DNA from: an uncultured Candidatus Saccharibacteria bacterium
GTDB lineage: Bacteria > Patescibacteriota > Minisyncoccia > Phycocordibacterales > JAACPR01
Reading direction: 5' to 3'
Assembly (NCBI GenBank): GCA_964618845.1
Contig: CAZUCU010000001.1
Location: 468 to 64,467 of the forward strand
DNA: 64,000 bases
Shown here: positions 19,004 to 29,138 of the stretch, in pieces
Numbering within the stretch: the stretch's first letter is position 1
How the letters are laid out: the number at the start of each line of letters is the position of its first letter
Program-made: the position numbers and the translations under genes
Notes under the pieces: generated by a model
Told to the model about the DNA's origin: nothing
Databases searched by the model: none
What the model saw: only the letters and a program-made list of their open reading frames with translations

Positions 19004-19972
19004 ATGAAAAGAAAATTAGTTACAGGTATAAAACCTACTGGAAAGCCCCATCTGGGAAATTATTTTGGGGTTTTAAAAAGATTAAAGTCCTATCAAGAAG
19101 AATATGATTGTCGAATTTTTATTGCTGATTTACATGCTTTGACGTCAGTTTCAAACAAAAAAGAATTGGAAGAAAATATTTTTGATTTAATGGTGATGTA
19201 TTTGGCGATTGGTTTAGATCCTTCCAAAACTATCTTGTATAGACAATCAGATATTTCGCAAGTTTCAGAACTCTCTTGGATTTTTGGTTCGCTTGCAACT
19301 ATGCCATATTTAATGAGATCTCATTCATTCAAAGATGCTGAAGCCAAAAATAAAGAAATTAATGTTGCTACTTTTTCATATCCGCTTTTGATGGCTTCGG
19401 ATATTTTGCTTAGTGATGCGGATGTAGTTCCTATAGGCAAAGATCAAAAACAGCACGTTGAAATCACCAGAGACATGGCAAGAAAATTTAATCAAACTTT
19501 TGGAGAAACCTTCAAAGAACCAGAGGAATTAATAGAAAAAGAAACAGAAACAATTATTGGAACAGATGGACAAAAAATGAGTAAAAGTTATGACAATGTT
19601 ATTCCGCTTTTTGCATCACCTGACGAAATTAAAAAAATTGTAATGAGTATTCCAACCGATTCCAAAGGTATTGATGAGCCAAAAGATCCTGATAATAACC
19701 TGCTTTTTCAAGTTCATTCCATGATACTTATGAGTAATGCTGATAAAAGGGCCCTGCGGGCCAAATATGAGGCTCCTGGGCTTAGTTATAAGGTAGCAAA
19801 AGAAGATTTAATACGAGATTTGGACGCTCTTATTGCACCACTTCGTGCAGAAAAACAAAAACGGGAAGGGAATAGAAGTAAAGTATTAAAGATTTATAAA
19901 AAAGGAGGAGAGAAAATGAAGAAAATTGCGGAGAAAAAGATGGTAGAAATTCGATCTAAAGTTGGGTTGTAG
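19004..19972 (+). CDS. trpS: Tryptophan-tRNA ligase
   Basis: TGIKPTG, HLGN, VPIGKDQKQH, KMSKS. Confidence 0.97.
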   Translation: MKRKLVTGIKPTGKPHLGNYFGVLKRLKSYQEEYDCRIFIADLHALTSVSNKKELEENIFDLMVMYLAIGLDPSKTILYRQSDISQVSELSWIFGSLATMPYLMRSHSFKDAEAKNKEINVATFSYPLLMASDILLSDADVVPIGKDQKQHVEITRDMARKFNQTFGETFKEPEELIEKETETIIGTDGQKMSKSYDNVIPLFASPDEIKKIVMSIPTDSKGIDEPKDPDNNLLFQVHSMILMSNADKRALRAKYEAPGLSYKVAKEDLIRDLDALIAPLRAEKQKREGNRSKVLKIYKKGGEKMKKIAEKKMVEIRSKVGL

Positions 19973-19974
19973 AC

Positions 19975-20061
19975 CGTCATTCCCAAAACTATATAGAGAA
20001 TCTACACTTAGTAAAATAATGCTTAAAAAGCACGGACCTCCGATATTGCTTCGGAGGTGAC
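19975..20061. repeat. REP/MITE-like element, CGTCATTCCC...GTGAC family (degenerate copy)
   Basis: Matches 45774-45855; 3' hairpin ggacctccgatattgcttcggaggtgac. Confidence 0.7.
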
Positions 20062-20150
20062 AACTCTTTTATATTTCTTTGTTTTAAAACTTCATAAATT
20101 CTTCAACATTTCTTTATCAGGATTTAACCTCTTTTTGATAGCATTGTTCT

Positions 20151-20537
20151 ATGCTAAAGGATTTTGATAGTTGGAATCTAATAAAGAAAAGAATAGACCT
20201 AGAAAATAGGGTACCTATTAGGGTTGGTGAGATATTTTGGTGTAAGCTTGGTCTAAATATTGGTGTTGAACAGAATGGAAACGAAAAAGAATTTACTAGA
20301 CCAGTTATAATTATAAAAAAATTCTCAAATCAAATTGTTTTAATTGCTCCATTAACAACCAAACCCCATAAAGGCAATTGGTATTTAGAAAAAGATATTC
20401 TTGGAATTAAACAACAAATAATCCTAAATCAAATCAAACCAGTTGATGTTAAAAGGTTAACAAAAAGTTTGGGAGAGATATCTGAAAAAGAAGTTCAACT
20501 AATATTATATGAGTATTTTAAATTGCTTATTCTTTAA
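20151..20537 (+). CDS. PemK/MazF-family endoribonuclease toxin (orphan)
   Basis: GEIFWCKLGLNIGVEQ, RPVIIIKK, APLTT, LNQIKPVDVKRL. Confidence 0.9.
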   Translation: MLKDFDSWNLIKKRIDLENRVPIRVGEIFWCKLGLNIGVEQNGNEKEFTRPVIIIKKFSNQIVLIAPLTTKPHKGNWYLEKDILGIKQQIILNQIKPVDVKRLTKSLGEISEKEVQLILYEYFKLLIL

Positions 20538-20596
20538 TGTATAAAGACCGCTTGTGGCGGTCTTCGGCTGGGTTACCCCAAACTGTATGTGTCACT

Positions 20597-20626
20597 ATTA
20601 TAACAAAATTATTTTGTCAAAGTCAA
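20597..20626 (-). promoter_or_regulatory. Strong sigma70 promoter convergent with the toxin gene
   Basis: Minus strand TTGACT-18 nt-(TGt)TATAAT; no ORF downstream. Confidence 0.7.
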
Positions 20627-20759
20627 CAAATGCCCCACAATGGCGAAGCCATCGCGGGGCTATAAATCACAAAATTTTTTGGGCAAAACTTGGATGGATT
20701 ATGTGGGGGAGAGAGAGTTGAAAATTGAAAAACAAGGATTTTTGTGGTATTTTATAGAT

Positions 20760-21659
20760 ATGAAAAAGTGGTTTGGCGGTATTATTTTGATAATTATTTG
20801 TATAGCTATTTGGGGTTATATTTTTTATTTACAAAAATCTAAATTTGATTTGGCTTACGTAGACACAAAAGGTCAGGTTTGGCTCAAAGATTTGAATGGT
20901 TTTAAAAAAGACTTGATGGTTGTTGATGAAGCTGATGAGCAAGACACAAAAATAGATACTCCTAGAACTATAAGTGTTTCACCTAATAATAAAATGATCG
21001 CAGTAGATTTATTTAGACAAAATAACTCCGAAAAAGGCGTTGCAATCTATGACATAAAATCAGCAAATATTAAATTTATAACTGAAGGTGAAATAGGTAA
21101 TTTTGCATGGTCCCCTGATTCTAAGTATCTTCTAATGAATTCATATACATATGCAGACAAAATCTACTCAATTGAGTTTGGCGAATTAATTGAATTTCAG
21201 GAAGCTCCAAGATATAGACAAGACGGTGATTACTCAGCAGAAAAGGCATTTTATCGTATGGTAAGTTGGGGAGAATCTGACCGAGCTTATTTTATGAAAA
21301 TAAATTTAAATGATAATAGCCAACAAACTGTCTTATTTAATTTGATTACAAAAGAAGAAAAAGTAGTAGAAGATCTAAAAGAAACATCTTTTGATAAATT
21401 AAAACTAGCTTTTGGTTCTTTCGAGCCAAAACTTCTTGACTCTATGGACAATACCAAAAGTCCAAATGAACCTTTTTATCGTCGTCAAGAAAGACCAGGA
21501 AATAAAACACTTTGTGGATTTGAAAATAAAATAATCTATCCAACAAAATCTTTGAAAGAAATTTTATACAGAGATTATTCTTTGGCTATTTTTGATACTA
21601 AGACACAGAAAACCAAAAGAATCGTTGAAAACATAATAGACTATTCTTGTTTTTGGTAG
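20760..21659 (+). CDS. Membrane-anchored TolB/WD40-like beta-propeller protein
   Basis: TM after MKKWFGG; SVSPNNKMIA and FAWSPDSKYL; TGGTATTTT 6 nt before ATG 20760 favours this start over 20640. Confidence 0.7.
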   Translation: MKKWFGGIILIIICIAIWGYIFYLQKSKFDLAYVDTKGQVWLKDLNGFKKDLMVVDEADEQDTKIDTPRTISVSPNNKMIAVDLFRQNNSEKGVAIYDIKSANIKFITEGEIGNFAWSPDSKYLLMNSYTYADKIYSIEFGELIEFQEAPRYRQDGDYSAEKAFYRMVSWGESDRAYFMKINLNDNSQQTVLFNLITKEEKVVEDLKETSFDKLKLAFGSFEPKLLDSMDNTKSPNEPFYRRQERPGNKTLCGFENKIIYPTKSLKEILYRDYSLAIFDTKTQKTKRIVENIIDYSCFW

Positions 21660-21869
21660 GAGTGGGAGCTGTGTCCCGCGTAACGAAGTGTAGTGGGATT
21701 GAAAATTAAAGAGAAAGAAAGTATAAATATAACTATGAAAAAAACCAAAAAAATGAATTTATAAGAGTTACCACAGAACTTAAAAACGGAGTTTTCGTAA
21801 CTTCAACTTCTACAATTGACCGTTAACGAACCCTTCCATTTGGGCTTATTCCTTCAAAATATAAATTTT

Positions 21870-22040
21870 TTATTTAGTCCATTTTCTAAAAGATTTAATC
21901 ACTGCACCCAAAAGACTTCCTAATATATAAACTACTATAAAACTTATTATGGCTGGAGGAAGAACGGTTGAAATAATAATCTTATAATAATTCCATAGAT
22001 TCTCAGCACAAGAAAATTCACAAATTATTGTGCTGTCATA
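21870..22040 (-). pseudogene. Possible C-terminal remnant of a membrane protein
   Basis: Hydrophobic helix followed by basic tail and stop; no convincing start. Confidence 0.3.
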
Positions 22041-22123
22041 AACAATATATTTTCTTCTTAATTCTAACTTTCTAAATGCCCAAATGTCTGTTAAAATAAG
22101 CCTATAAATATGACACAAGATTA

Positions 22124-22861
22124 ATGACAGAAAATTATAAAATCAAAACCGAAAAGTTTGAAGGACCCCTTGATATACTTTTGGATATGATTGAGAGGAG
22201 AAAACTTCTAATCAATGATTTTTCTCTTTCAAAAATTACAGATGATTTTATAGATTATATTTCTAATTTAGGAAAAATATCCGCTTCCAAGATTTCAGAT
22301 TTTTTGGTTGTTGCTTCAACTCTAATTTTAATTAAATCTCGGTCTCTTTTACCCACTTTAACATTAGGTGGAGATGAAGAAAAAGATATACAAGATTTAG
22401 GGATAAGATTAAATATTTTAAAAATTATAAAAGAAATTTCAATTTTTGTGGAATCGTCTTTTCAAAAGATAATCAGATTCCCCAAAAGACAAATCAAAAT
22501 CTTAAAACCAAAATTTTCACCCACAAAAGAATTAAACTCTCATAACATGAGAATTATAATGCTCAGTATCATAAATACATTTCCTTCCTTTGAGGAAAAA
22601 AAAGAAGCAAGAATCAAAAAAACTATATCTTTAGAAGATACAATGAATAAGTTGATAAACAGAATAAGAAGTCATACCTCGATGTCTTTTTTTGAATTTT
22701 CTGGAAAAAAGACCAGAACAGAAAAAATAAATATTTTGGTAAGTTTCTTGGCTGTGTTAGAGTTGGTAAAAAGAGGCCTATTAAAGGCTAATCAAAGTAA
22801 CAAATATCATGATATTAATCTTGAATCAAACGAAATTAACATACCAAAATTTGGAATATGA
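22124..22861 (+). CDS. scpA: Segregation/condensation protein A
   Basis: FEGPLDILL, LILIKSRSLLP, SFLAVLEL. Confidence 0.95.
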   Translation: MTENYKIKTEKFEGPLDILLDMIERRKLLINDFSLSKITDDFIDYISNLGKISASKISDFLVVASTLILIKSRSLLPTLTLGGDEEKDIQDLGIRLNILKIIKEISIFVESSFQKIIRFPKRQIKILKPKFSPTKELNSHNMRIIMLSIINTFPSFEEKKEARIKKTISLEDTMNKLINRIRSHTSMSFFEFSGKKTRTEKINILVSFLAVLELVKRGLLKANQSNKYHDINLESNEINIPKFGI

Positions 22862-23403
22862 GTGAATTAGATAAAAAAATAGAAGCATTAATTTTTTATA
22901 AAGGGGAAGAAATAACTTTCAAAGAGCTTTCAAATATTTTGGAAGTCAGCGAAGAAGAAATAAAAAATGGCGTTTTAAATATCAAAGAAAAAAATAAATA
23001 TTCAGGGATAAAAATTTTGACAACAGACAATTCGGTTATGTTTACAACAGGTGAGGAAATTGCTCCAATAATAGAAAAATTAGAAAAAGAAGAATATGAA
23101 AAAGAATTATCCAAAGCATCACTTGAAACTTTAACAATTATTCTTTATCGCGGACCAATAAAAAAAAGCATGGTTGATTATATAAGAGGAGCAAACTCTC
23201 AATTTACTCTTCGAAATTTATTAATCAAAGGTTTAATCGAAAAAGAAACGGATCCCAAAGACGAGAGGTCTTATCTTTATAAACCAACAATTGAACTTTT
23301 GCGATATATGAATATTTCTAATATCAAAGAATTACAAGAATATAAAGAAATAAATGAAAAAATTGATAGTTTTATTAAAAATTCAGAAAAAGAAAATGGA
23401 TGA
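22858..23403 (+). CDS. scpB: Segregation/condensation protein B
   Basis: IEALIF, LSKASLETLTIILY, YIRG. Confidence 0.95.
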   Translation: MSELDKKIEALIFYKGEEITFKELSNILEVSEEEIKNGVLNIKEKNKYSGIKILTTDNSVMFTTGEEIAPIIEKLEKEEYEKELSKASLETLTIILYRGPIKKSMVDYIRGANSQFTLRNLLIKGLIEKETDPKDERSYLYKPTIELLRYMNISNIKELQEYKEINEKIDSFIKNSEKENG

Positions 23404-24328
23404 ACAAGAAAAAAAACAGAATAGAGATTTGTTTATACTTTTTTTATTTTTTTTGATTCCGCTTTTGATCCTTGCCTTCTCATTAATAATTAAGAATCCA
23501 AAAAATATAAATGAAGAAGCGACGAATAAAAATCAAAAAGAATATGTTTTTGATACAAAAAATATAAAAGCAGAATCAATATTGGTAACCGAACTTAATA
23601 CAGATAAAATTATTTTTAAAAAAAATGAGAAAGAAAAAAGGGCAATAGCTTCAATAACCAAATTGATGACAGTTTTAGTGGCAAGTGAAAAATTATCAAC
23701 CAAAAATATAAATAATATAAAAATAAATGAAAAACATTTAACGGCCTTTGGAGACTCAGGGTTATTGGTAGGACAAGTATGGAAGGTCAAAGATTTGATA
23801 GATTTTACTTTAATAACTTCATCAAATGACGGAGCAAAAGCCTTAGCATTATCTGCTTTTGAAAATGATGAAACATTATTTGTAAAAAATATGAATTTGT
23901 TTGCACAAAATTTGGGTTTACAAAATACTCATTTTGTCAATGAAACTGGATTAGATTTAATAGATAAAAATGAAGCAGGGGCCCTATCAACAGCAGAAGA
24001 TATTACTAAAATATTAAAATTTATTGTATTAAACGAAACAGATGTTTTTTCTGAATCAACAAAGGGAAATAAGAGGTTGACAGTCGGAGACAAAAATTAT
24101 GAAATATCAAATACTAGCTCTGCCGTTGATATGCTTCCAGGAGCTATTATATCCAAAACAGGGTATACAGACCTCGCAGGAGGAAATTTAGCAATAGTAA
24201 TTGATTTTGGGCTTAATAACCCTATATCCATAGTCATTTTAGGTTCTACAATGGAAGATAGAGATCAGGATATCATTAATTTATACAACCAAACAGCTAA
24301 TTATTATGCTAAAAATATCAGGAAATAA
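23396..24328 (+). CDS. D-alanyl-D-alanine carboxypeptidase (peptidase S11)
   Basis: SxxK (ASITKL), SSN, KTG; N-terminal TM; start 23396 overlaps scpB stop. Confidence 0.92.
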   Translation: MDEQEKKQNRDLFILFLFFLIPLLILAFSLIIKNPKNINEEATNKNQKEYVFDTKNIKAESILVTELNTDKIIFKKNEKEKRAIASITKLMTVLVASEKLSTKNINNIKINEKHLTAFGDSGLLVGQVWKVKDLIDFTLITSSNDGAKALALSAFENDETLFVKNMNLFAQNLGLQNTHFVNETGLDLIDKNEAGALSTAEDITKILKFIVLNETDVFSESTKGNKRLTVGDKNYEISNTSSAVDMLPGAIISKTGYTDLAGGNLAIVIDFGLNNPISIVILGSTMEDRDQDIINLYNQTANYYAKNIRK

Positions 24329-24367
24329 TCTTTAGTTTTTTTTATTTTTTCTGTTAAAATAACCTCC

Positions 24368-25438
24368 ATGACAATAGATATAATAAAAATTTTAATACCA
24401 GCAATATTAGCATTTTTTGTTGGGATAGGAATTACTCCCACTATTACCAATTATCTTTATAAAAATAAGATGTGGAAAAAGAAGGCAAAGACAGTTACGA
24501 TTGATGGTAGGGAAGCAACAGTTTTTAATTCTTTACACAAAGAAAAAGAAGTTAATACACCAAGACTTGGTGGAACCGTAATTTGGATCTCTGCGTTGAT
24601 TGCTACTCTTATAATATGGTTAATAGCAAGAATAACTTCAATAGATGTTTTTGAGAAACTTGAATTTGTCTCCAGAAATCAAACATGGATTCCATTTTTT
24701 ACTTTACTTTTTGGAGCTGGCATTGGTGCAGTTGATGATATTTTGGAAATAAAAGGTATTGGCGGGCACATCGCTGGGGGTTTGTCTCTCAAAAAAAGAT
24801 TAGTTTTTGTTGGGATTGTAGGATTAATAATAAGTTTATGGTTTTTTATAAAATTAGAGGTCTCTTCTATATTTTTACCATTTTGGGGGTATAAAGAAAT
24901 TGGGTGGTTATTTGTTCCTTTTTTTATAATTGTTATGTTACTTATTTATTCAGGTGGTATTATAGATGGAATTGATGGATTATCTGGAGGAATTTTTGCA
25001 ATTGCTTTTGCTGCTTATGGTGTAATTGCATTATCAAATACTCAAATAGATTTAGCCACTTTTTGTGTATTGATAGTTGGGTCTATTCTTGCTTTTTTGT
25101 GGTTTAATATACCGCCCGCCCGTTTTTATATGTCAGAAACAGGATCAATGGCGCTCACTATGACATTGACGGTTGTTGCATTTATGACTGATTATTTAGG
25201 AAAGGGGAGGGGCCTTATTGTTCTTCCTCTTATTGCTCTTCCACTTATATTAACCACCCTGTCTGTTATTGTTCAATTATTATCCAAAAAATTTAGAGGA
25301 AAAAAAATATTTTTGTCTACTCCTATACATCATCACTTTGAAGCAATTGGTTGGCCTGCCTACAAAGTAACAATGCGATATTGGATTTTTTCTATAGTAT
25401 TTGCAACTATTGGTGTAATTTTTGCCATAATAAAATAA
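24368..25438 (+). CDS. mraY: Phospho-MurNAc-pentapeptide transferase
   Basis: TPRLGG, VDD, DGIDGL, PIHHHFE. Confidence 0.93.
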   Translation: MTIDIIKILIPAILAFFVGIGITPTITNYLYKNKMWKKKAKTVTIDGREATVFNSLHKEKEVNTPRLGGTVIWISALIATLIIWLIARITSIDVFEKLEFVSRNQTWIPFFTLLFGAGIGAVDDILEIKGIGGHIAGGLSLKKRLVFVGIVGLIISLWFFIKLEVSSIFLPFWGYKEIGWLFVPFFIIVMLLIYSGGIIDGIDGLSGGIFAIAFAAYGVIALSNTQIDLATFCVLIVGSILAFLWFNIPPARFYMSETGSMALTMTLTVVAFMTDYLGKGRGLIVLPLIALPLILTTLSVIVQLLSKKFRGKKIFLSTPIHHHFEAIGWPAYKVTMRYWIFSIVFATIGVIFAIIK

Positions 25439-25464
25439 ATCAAAATTTTGTTATAATCTTATAA

Positions 25465-26565
25465 ATGTATAATAAAATTAAAGTTGAAAAATATTTTTTA
25501 TGGACTGTAATAATACTTACTCTTTTTGGTTTTTTAATTTTTTATTCAGCTTCAACAGGATTAGCCGCCAAAGAAAATTTAAATTTTTATTCTAGAATAA
25601 TAAATCAATTTACAATAGGTATACTGGGGGGGCTATTTTTGATGTTTATTTTTTATAAAATTATTAATAATGATTTTATAAAGAAACACGCTATTATCTT
25701 GTTTTTAATTTCTTTCACATTAAATCTTGTTGTTTTTATTCCTGGAGTTGGAATAGAACACGGTGGATCTATAAGATGGATTGATTTTAAATTTTTTACT
25801 CTTCAGCCTTCAGAATTATTAAAAATAACTTCCATAATTTTTTTTGCTTCATGGATTAATTATCATAAAGAAAAGATCAAAAAAAACTTTTTTTCTATAA
25901 TATCCTTATGTGTGCTAATTCTTTTAATTTCCATCCCATTGATATTTCAGAGAGATTTTGACACAATATTTTTAATCACGGTACCAATTTGTGCAATGTA
26001 TTTAGTAGCAAAGGCCCCGTTTAAACATTTTTTGTTATTTTTATCTTTACCAATAATTTTAGGGTTAATTTTATTTTTTACAGTACCCCATATAAATTCC
26101 AGAATAATGGGTTTCCTAAATCAAAGTGAAGATGGACAAACAATAAATTATCAAACTCAACAATCGCAAATCGCAATTGGTTCTGGTGGAATTTTTGGCA
26201 AAGGATTAGGAAAAAGTACTCAAAAATTTGGAGCGTTACCTGAACCCACAAGTGATTCTGTTTTTGCAGTTTTAGCAGAAGAGACTGGTCTGATTGGTGC
26301 GACTTTCATTTTAATTTTATATTTTTTACTTATTGTGTTTGGATATAAAATCGCCTTGAACTCTAAAAATATATATGGTTCTCTATTTACTTTTGGGGTT
26401 ATGACATTAATTGCTACACAATCTATTATGAATATTGCTTCGATGGTTGGTTTGTTTCCAATTACTGGACAACCTTTAGTTTTTGTTTCTCATGGAGGTA
26501 CCTCCCTTCTTGTGACACTTGCTTCAATGGGAATGATTTTAAATATATCCAAAAAAGAAAAATAA
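25465..26565 (+). CDS. ftsW: SEDS protein FtsW/RodA
   Basis: RWI, LQPSELLK, AIGSGG, PEPTSDSVF, SHGGTS; lies between mraY and murG. Confidence 0.9.
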   Translation: MYNKIKVEKYFLWTVIILTLFGFLIFYSASTGLAAKENLNFYSRIINQFTIGILGGLFLMFIFYKIINNDFIKKHAIILFLISFTLNLVVFIPGVGIEHGGSIRWIDFKFFTLQPSELLKITSIIFFASWINYHKEKIKKNFFSIISLCVLILLISIPLIFQRDFDTIFLITVPICAMYLVAKAPFKHFLLFLSLPIILGLILFFTVPHINSRIMGFLNQSEDGQTINYQTQQSQIAIGSGGIFGKGLGKSTQKFGALPEPTSDSVFAVLAEETGLIGATFILILYFLLIVFGYKIALNSKNIYGSLFTFGVMTLIATQSIMNIASMVGLFPITGQPLVFVSHGGTSLLVTLASMGMILNISKKEK

Positions 26566-26605
26566 TTTATTTTATAATAATCAATTTTTTTGGTAGAATA
26601 AAAGC

Positions 26606-27733
26606 ATGAAGATTATTTTTACGGGAGGCGGTTCTGGGGGTCATTTTTATCCAATAATAGCAATAGCCCAGGAACTTAGAAAATTAATAAAAGAAGAAAA
26701 ATTAGTTGACCCAATTTTGTATTTTCTGGCACCCGATCCTTATGATAAAGGAATATTATTTGACAATGGAATAATTTACAAAAAAATATTTTCTGGGAAA
26801 AAAAGATTGTATCCTTCATTCTTAAATTTTCTCGATAAAATTAAACTCGCAATTGGTGTGTTACAAGCAATGTGGATGGTTTTTTGGATTTATCCTGATA
26901 TTGTTTTTAGCAAAGGGGGTTTTGGTAGCATTCCCGTCGTCTTTGTAAGTAAATTACTTAAAATTCCAATTGTCATACATGAATCAGATAGTGCTCCAGG
27001 CAGAGCAAATCAGTGGGCCAGTAAATTTGCAGAAAAAATTGCAATTTCTTATCCAGAAGCAGCAAATTATTTTGATAAAGAAAAAGTTGCCTGGACGGGT
27101 CATCCTGTAAGAGATGAAATAAAAGTACCAACAAAAGAAGGCGGGCACGAATATTTGGGTTTTGATAAAAATATACCAACTCTCTTTATATTAGGTGGTT
27201 CCTCAGGGTCACAAACTATTAATGACAAAATTGTTGATGTCTTACCAGAGTTGGTAAAAAAATATCAAATTATTCACCAAGTCGGAAAGAAAAATTTAAA
27301 GGAAATGAGAGAAACAACAAATTTAGTGTTAAATGATTCTTTATTTGGTAATCGCTACAAAATTTTTGATTATTTAAGTAATTTAGGAATTAAAATGGCT
27401 TCTGGAGCTACAGATTTAATAATATCTCGAGCAGGTTCAACTATTTTTGAAATAGCATCGTGGGGAAAGCCAAGTATCATTATTCCAATAACAGAATCTA
27501 ATAATGATCACCAGAGAAAGAATGCTTATAACTATTTAAGAGCAGGAGCTTGTGTGGTAATTGAAGAAAATAATTTAACCTCAGAAATATTGCTCTCAGA
27601 AATAGAAAGATTATTAACAAATCAAGTTTTATTAAAAGAGATGTCAGAAAGGGCTCTATCTTTTGTAAAACCAAATGCAAGTTATTTGATAGCTAAAGAA
27701 ATTATTGATACATTAATAAGACATGAATCATAG
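26606..27733 (+). CDS. murG: MurG glycosyltransferase
   Basis: GGGSGGHFYP, KGGF, HESD, GGSSGS, SRAG, HQRKNA. Confidence 0.96.
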   Translation: MKIIFTGGGSGGHFYPIIAIAQELRKLIKEEKLVDPILYFLAPDPYDKGILFDNGIIYKKIFSGKKRLYPSFLNFLDKIKLAIGVLQAMWMVFWIYPDIVFSKGGFGSIPVVFVSKLLKIPIVIHESDSAPGRANQWASKFAEKIAISYPEAANYFDKEKVAWTGHPVRDEIKVPTKEGGHEYLGFDKNIPTLFILGGSSGSQTINDKIVDVLPELVKKYQIIHQVGKKNLKEMRETTNLVLNDSLFGNRYKIFDYLSNLGIKMASGATDLIISRAGSTIFEIASWGKPSIIIPITESNNDHQRKNAYNYLRAGACVVIEENNLTSEILLSEIERLLTNQVLLKEMSERALSFVKPNASYLIAKEIIDTLIRHES

Positions 27734-29138
27734 AAAACAGCCAGAAGAAAACAGCGAGAAAAGAAAAGCAAAGAAGAGTTTTTTTTCCTTTTTCCGTTCT
27801 TTTTTTTTGGTAAAGAAAGAAGCTCCAGTCATAGTTAGAATTGCCCCATCTCCAACAGGAAATTTACATATAGGAACGGCACGAACCGCTTTATTTAATT
27901 ATCTATTTGCCAAACAAAATAATGGAAAATTTGTTCTAAGAATTGAAGATACAGACAAAGAAAGAAGCAAAAAAGAATACGAAGAAAATATAATTGAAGG
28001 CTTAAAATGGCTTGGAATTTCTTGGGACGAATTTTACAGACAAAGTGAAAGGGGAGAAATATATAAAAAATATTTGAAAAGATTGATTGATGAAAAAAAA
28101 GCTTATATTTCAAGAGAAACCCCCAAAGAAGAAAGCCAGAGGAGCGAGGTTATTAGATTTAGAAATCCAAATAAAAAAATAAAGTTTAAAGATATCATAA
28201 GGGGAGAAATAGAATTTGATACTACAGAATTAGGAGATTTTGTAATTGCTAAATCAGTAGATGAGCCGATTTTTCATTTTGCTGTGGTTGTTGATGACTA
28301 TGAAATGAAAATTACTCATGTAATAAGGGGTGAAGATCATATCTCTAATACACCAAGACAAATATTGATACAAGAAGCAATTAGGGCTCCAAGACCTCTT
28401 TATGCCCACATGCCATTAACTTTAAATAAACAAAGAGCAAAATTATCAAAAAGAGATGGTGTAATGTCTATAAATGAGTTTAAAGAGATGGGATATTTAC
28501 CAGAAGCTTTTATAAATTTTTTGGCAATGCTTGGTTGGGCACCCAAAGATGATAGAGAACTGTTTACTTTGGAAGAACTCAAAAAAGAATTTAAATTAGA
28601 GGATTTACAAAAAGGAGGAGCAATTTTTAATATTGAAAAATTAGATTGGTTCAATAAAGAATGGATTAAAAAAATGGATAATCAATATCTCAAAAAAATA
28701 ATATTAGAAAAAGCTAAAAATATTAAAGAAGATGTTTTGGATAGATCTTTACCAGAAATAAAAGGGCGCATTGAAAAAATTAAGGATCTGGAAAAACTAT
28801 TTCAGATAGGTGGGGAATTTGAATATTTAATAATCTTGTCATCATATAAAAAAGAAAAATTAAATTGGAAAAACAATCCAAATGAAATTACCAAAAAACA
28901 TTTACAAAAAATATTAAGCTTGGTTGGAACAATTTTAATTGATGATTTTGAAATTGAAAAAATTAAAACAGAAATATTTAACTATGCCAATAAAGAGGGG
29001 AGGGGTGATGTTTTGTGGCCATTTCGTTTTGCATTATCAGGAAAAGACAAATCTATAGATCCATTCACACTAAGTTATATTTTAGGAAAAAATGAAACAA
29101 TAAATAGACTTGAAAATGCAATTACAAAATTGGGATAA
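27723..29138 (+). CDS. gltX: Glutamate-tRNA ligase
   Basis: RIAPSPTG, HIGT, IRGEDH, KLSKR; alternative TTG start at 27807. Confidence 0.96.
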   Translation: MNHRKQPEENSEKRKAKKSFFSFFRSFFLVKKEAPVIVRIAPSPTGNLHIGTARTALFNYLFAKQNNGKFVLRIEDTDKERSKKEYEENIIEGLKWLGISWDEFYRQSERGEIYKKYLKRLIDEKKAYISRETPKEESQRSEVIRFRNPNKKIKFKDIIRGEIEFDTTELGDFVIAKSVDEPIFHFAVVVDDYEMKITHVIRGEDHISNTPRQILIQEAIRAPRPLYAHMPLTLNKQRAKLSKRDGVMSINEFKEMGYLPEAFINFLAMLGWAPKDDRELFTLEELKKEFKLEDLQKGGAIFNIEKLDWFNKEWIKKMDNQYLKKIILEKAKNIKEDVLDRSLPEIKGRIEKIKDLEKLFQIGGEFEYLIILSSYKKEKLNWKNNPNEITKKHLQKILSLVGTILIDDFEIEKIKTEIFNYANKEGRGDVLWPFRFALSGKDKSIDPFTLSYILGKNETINRLENAITKLG

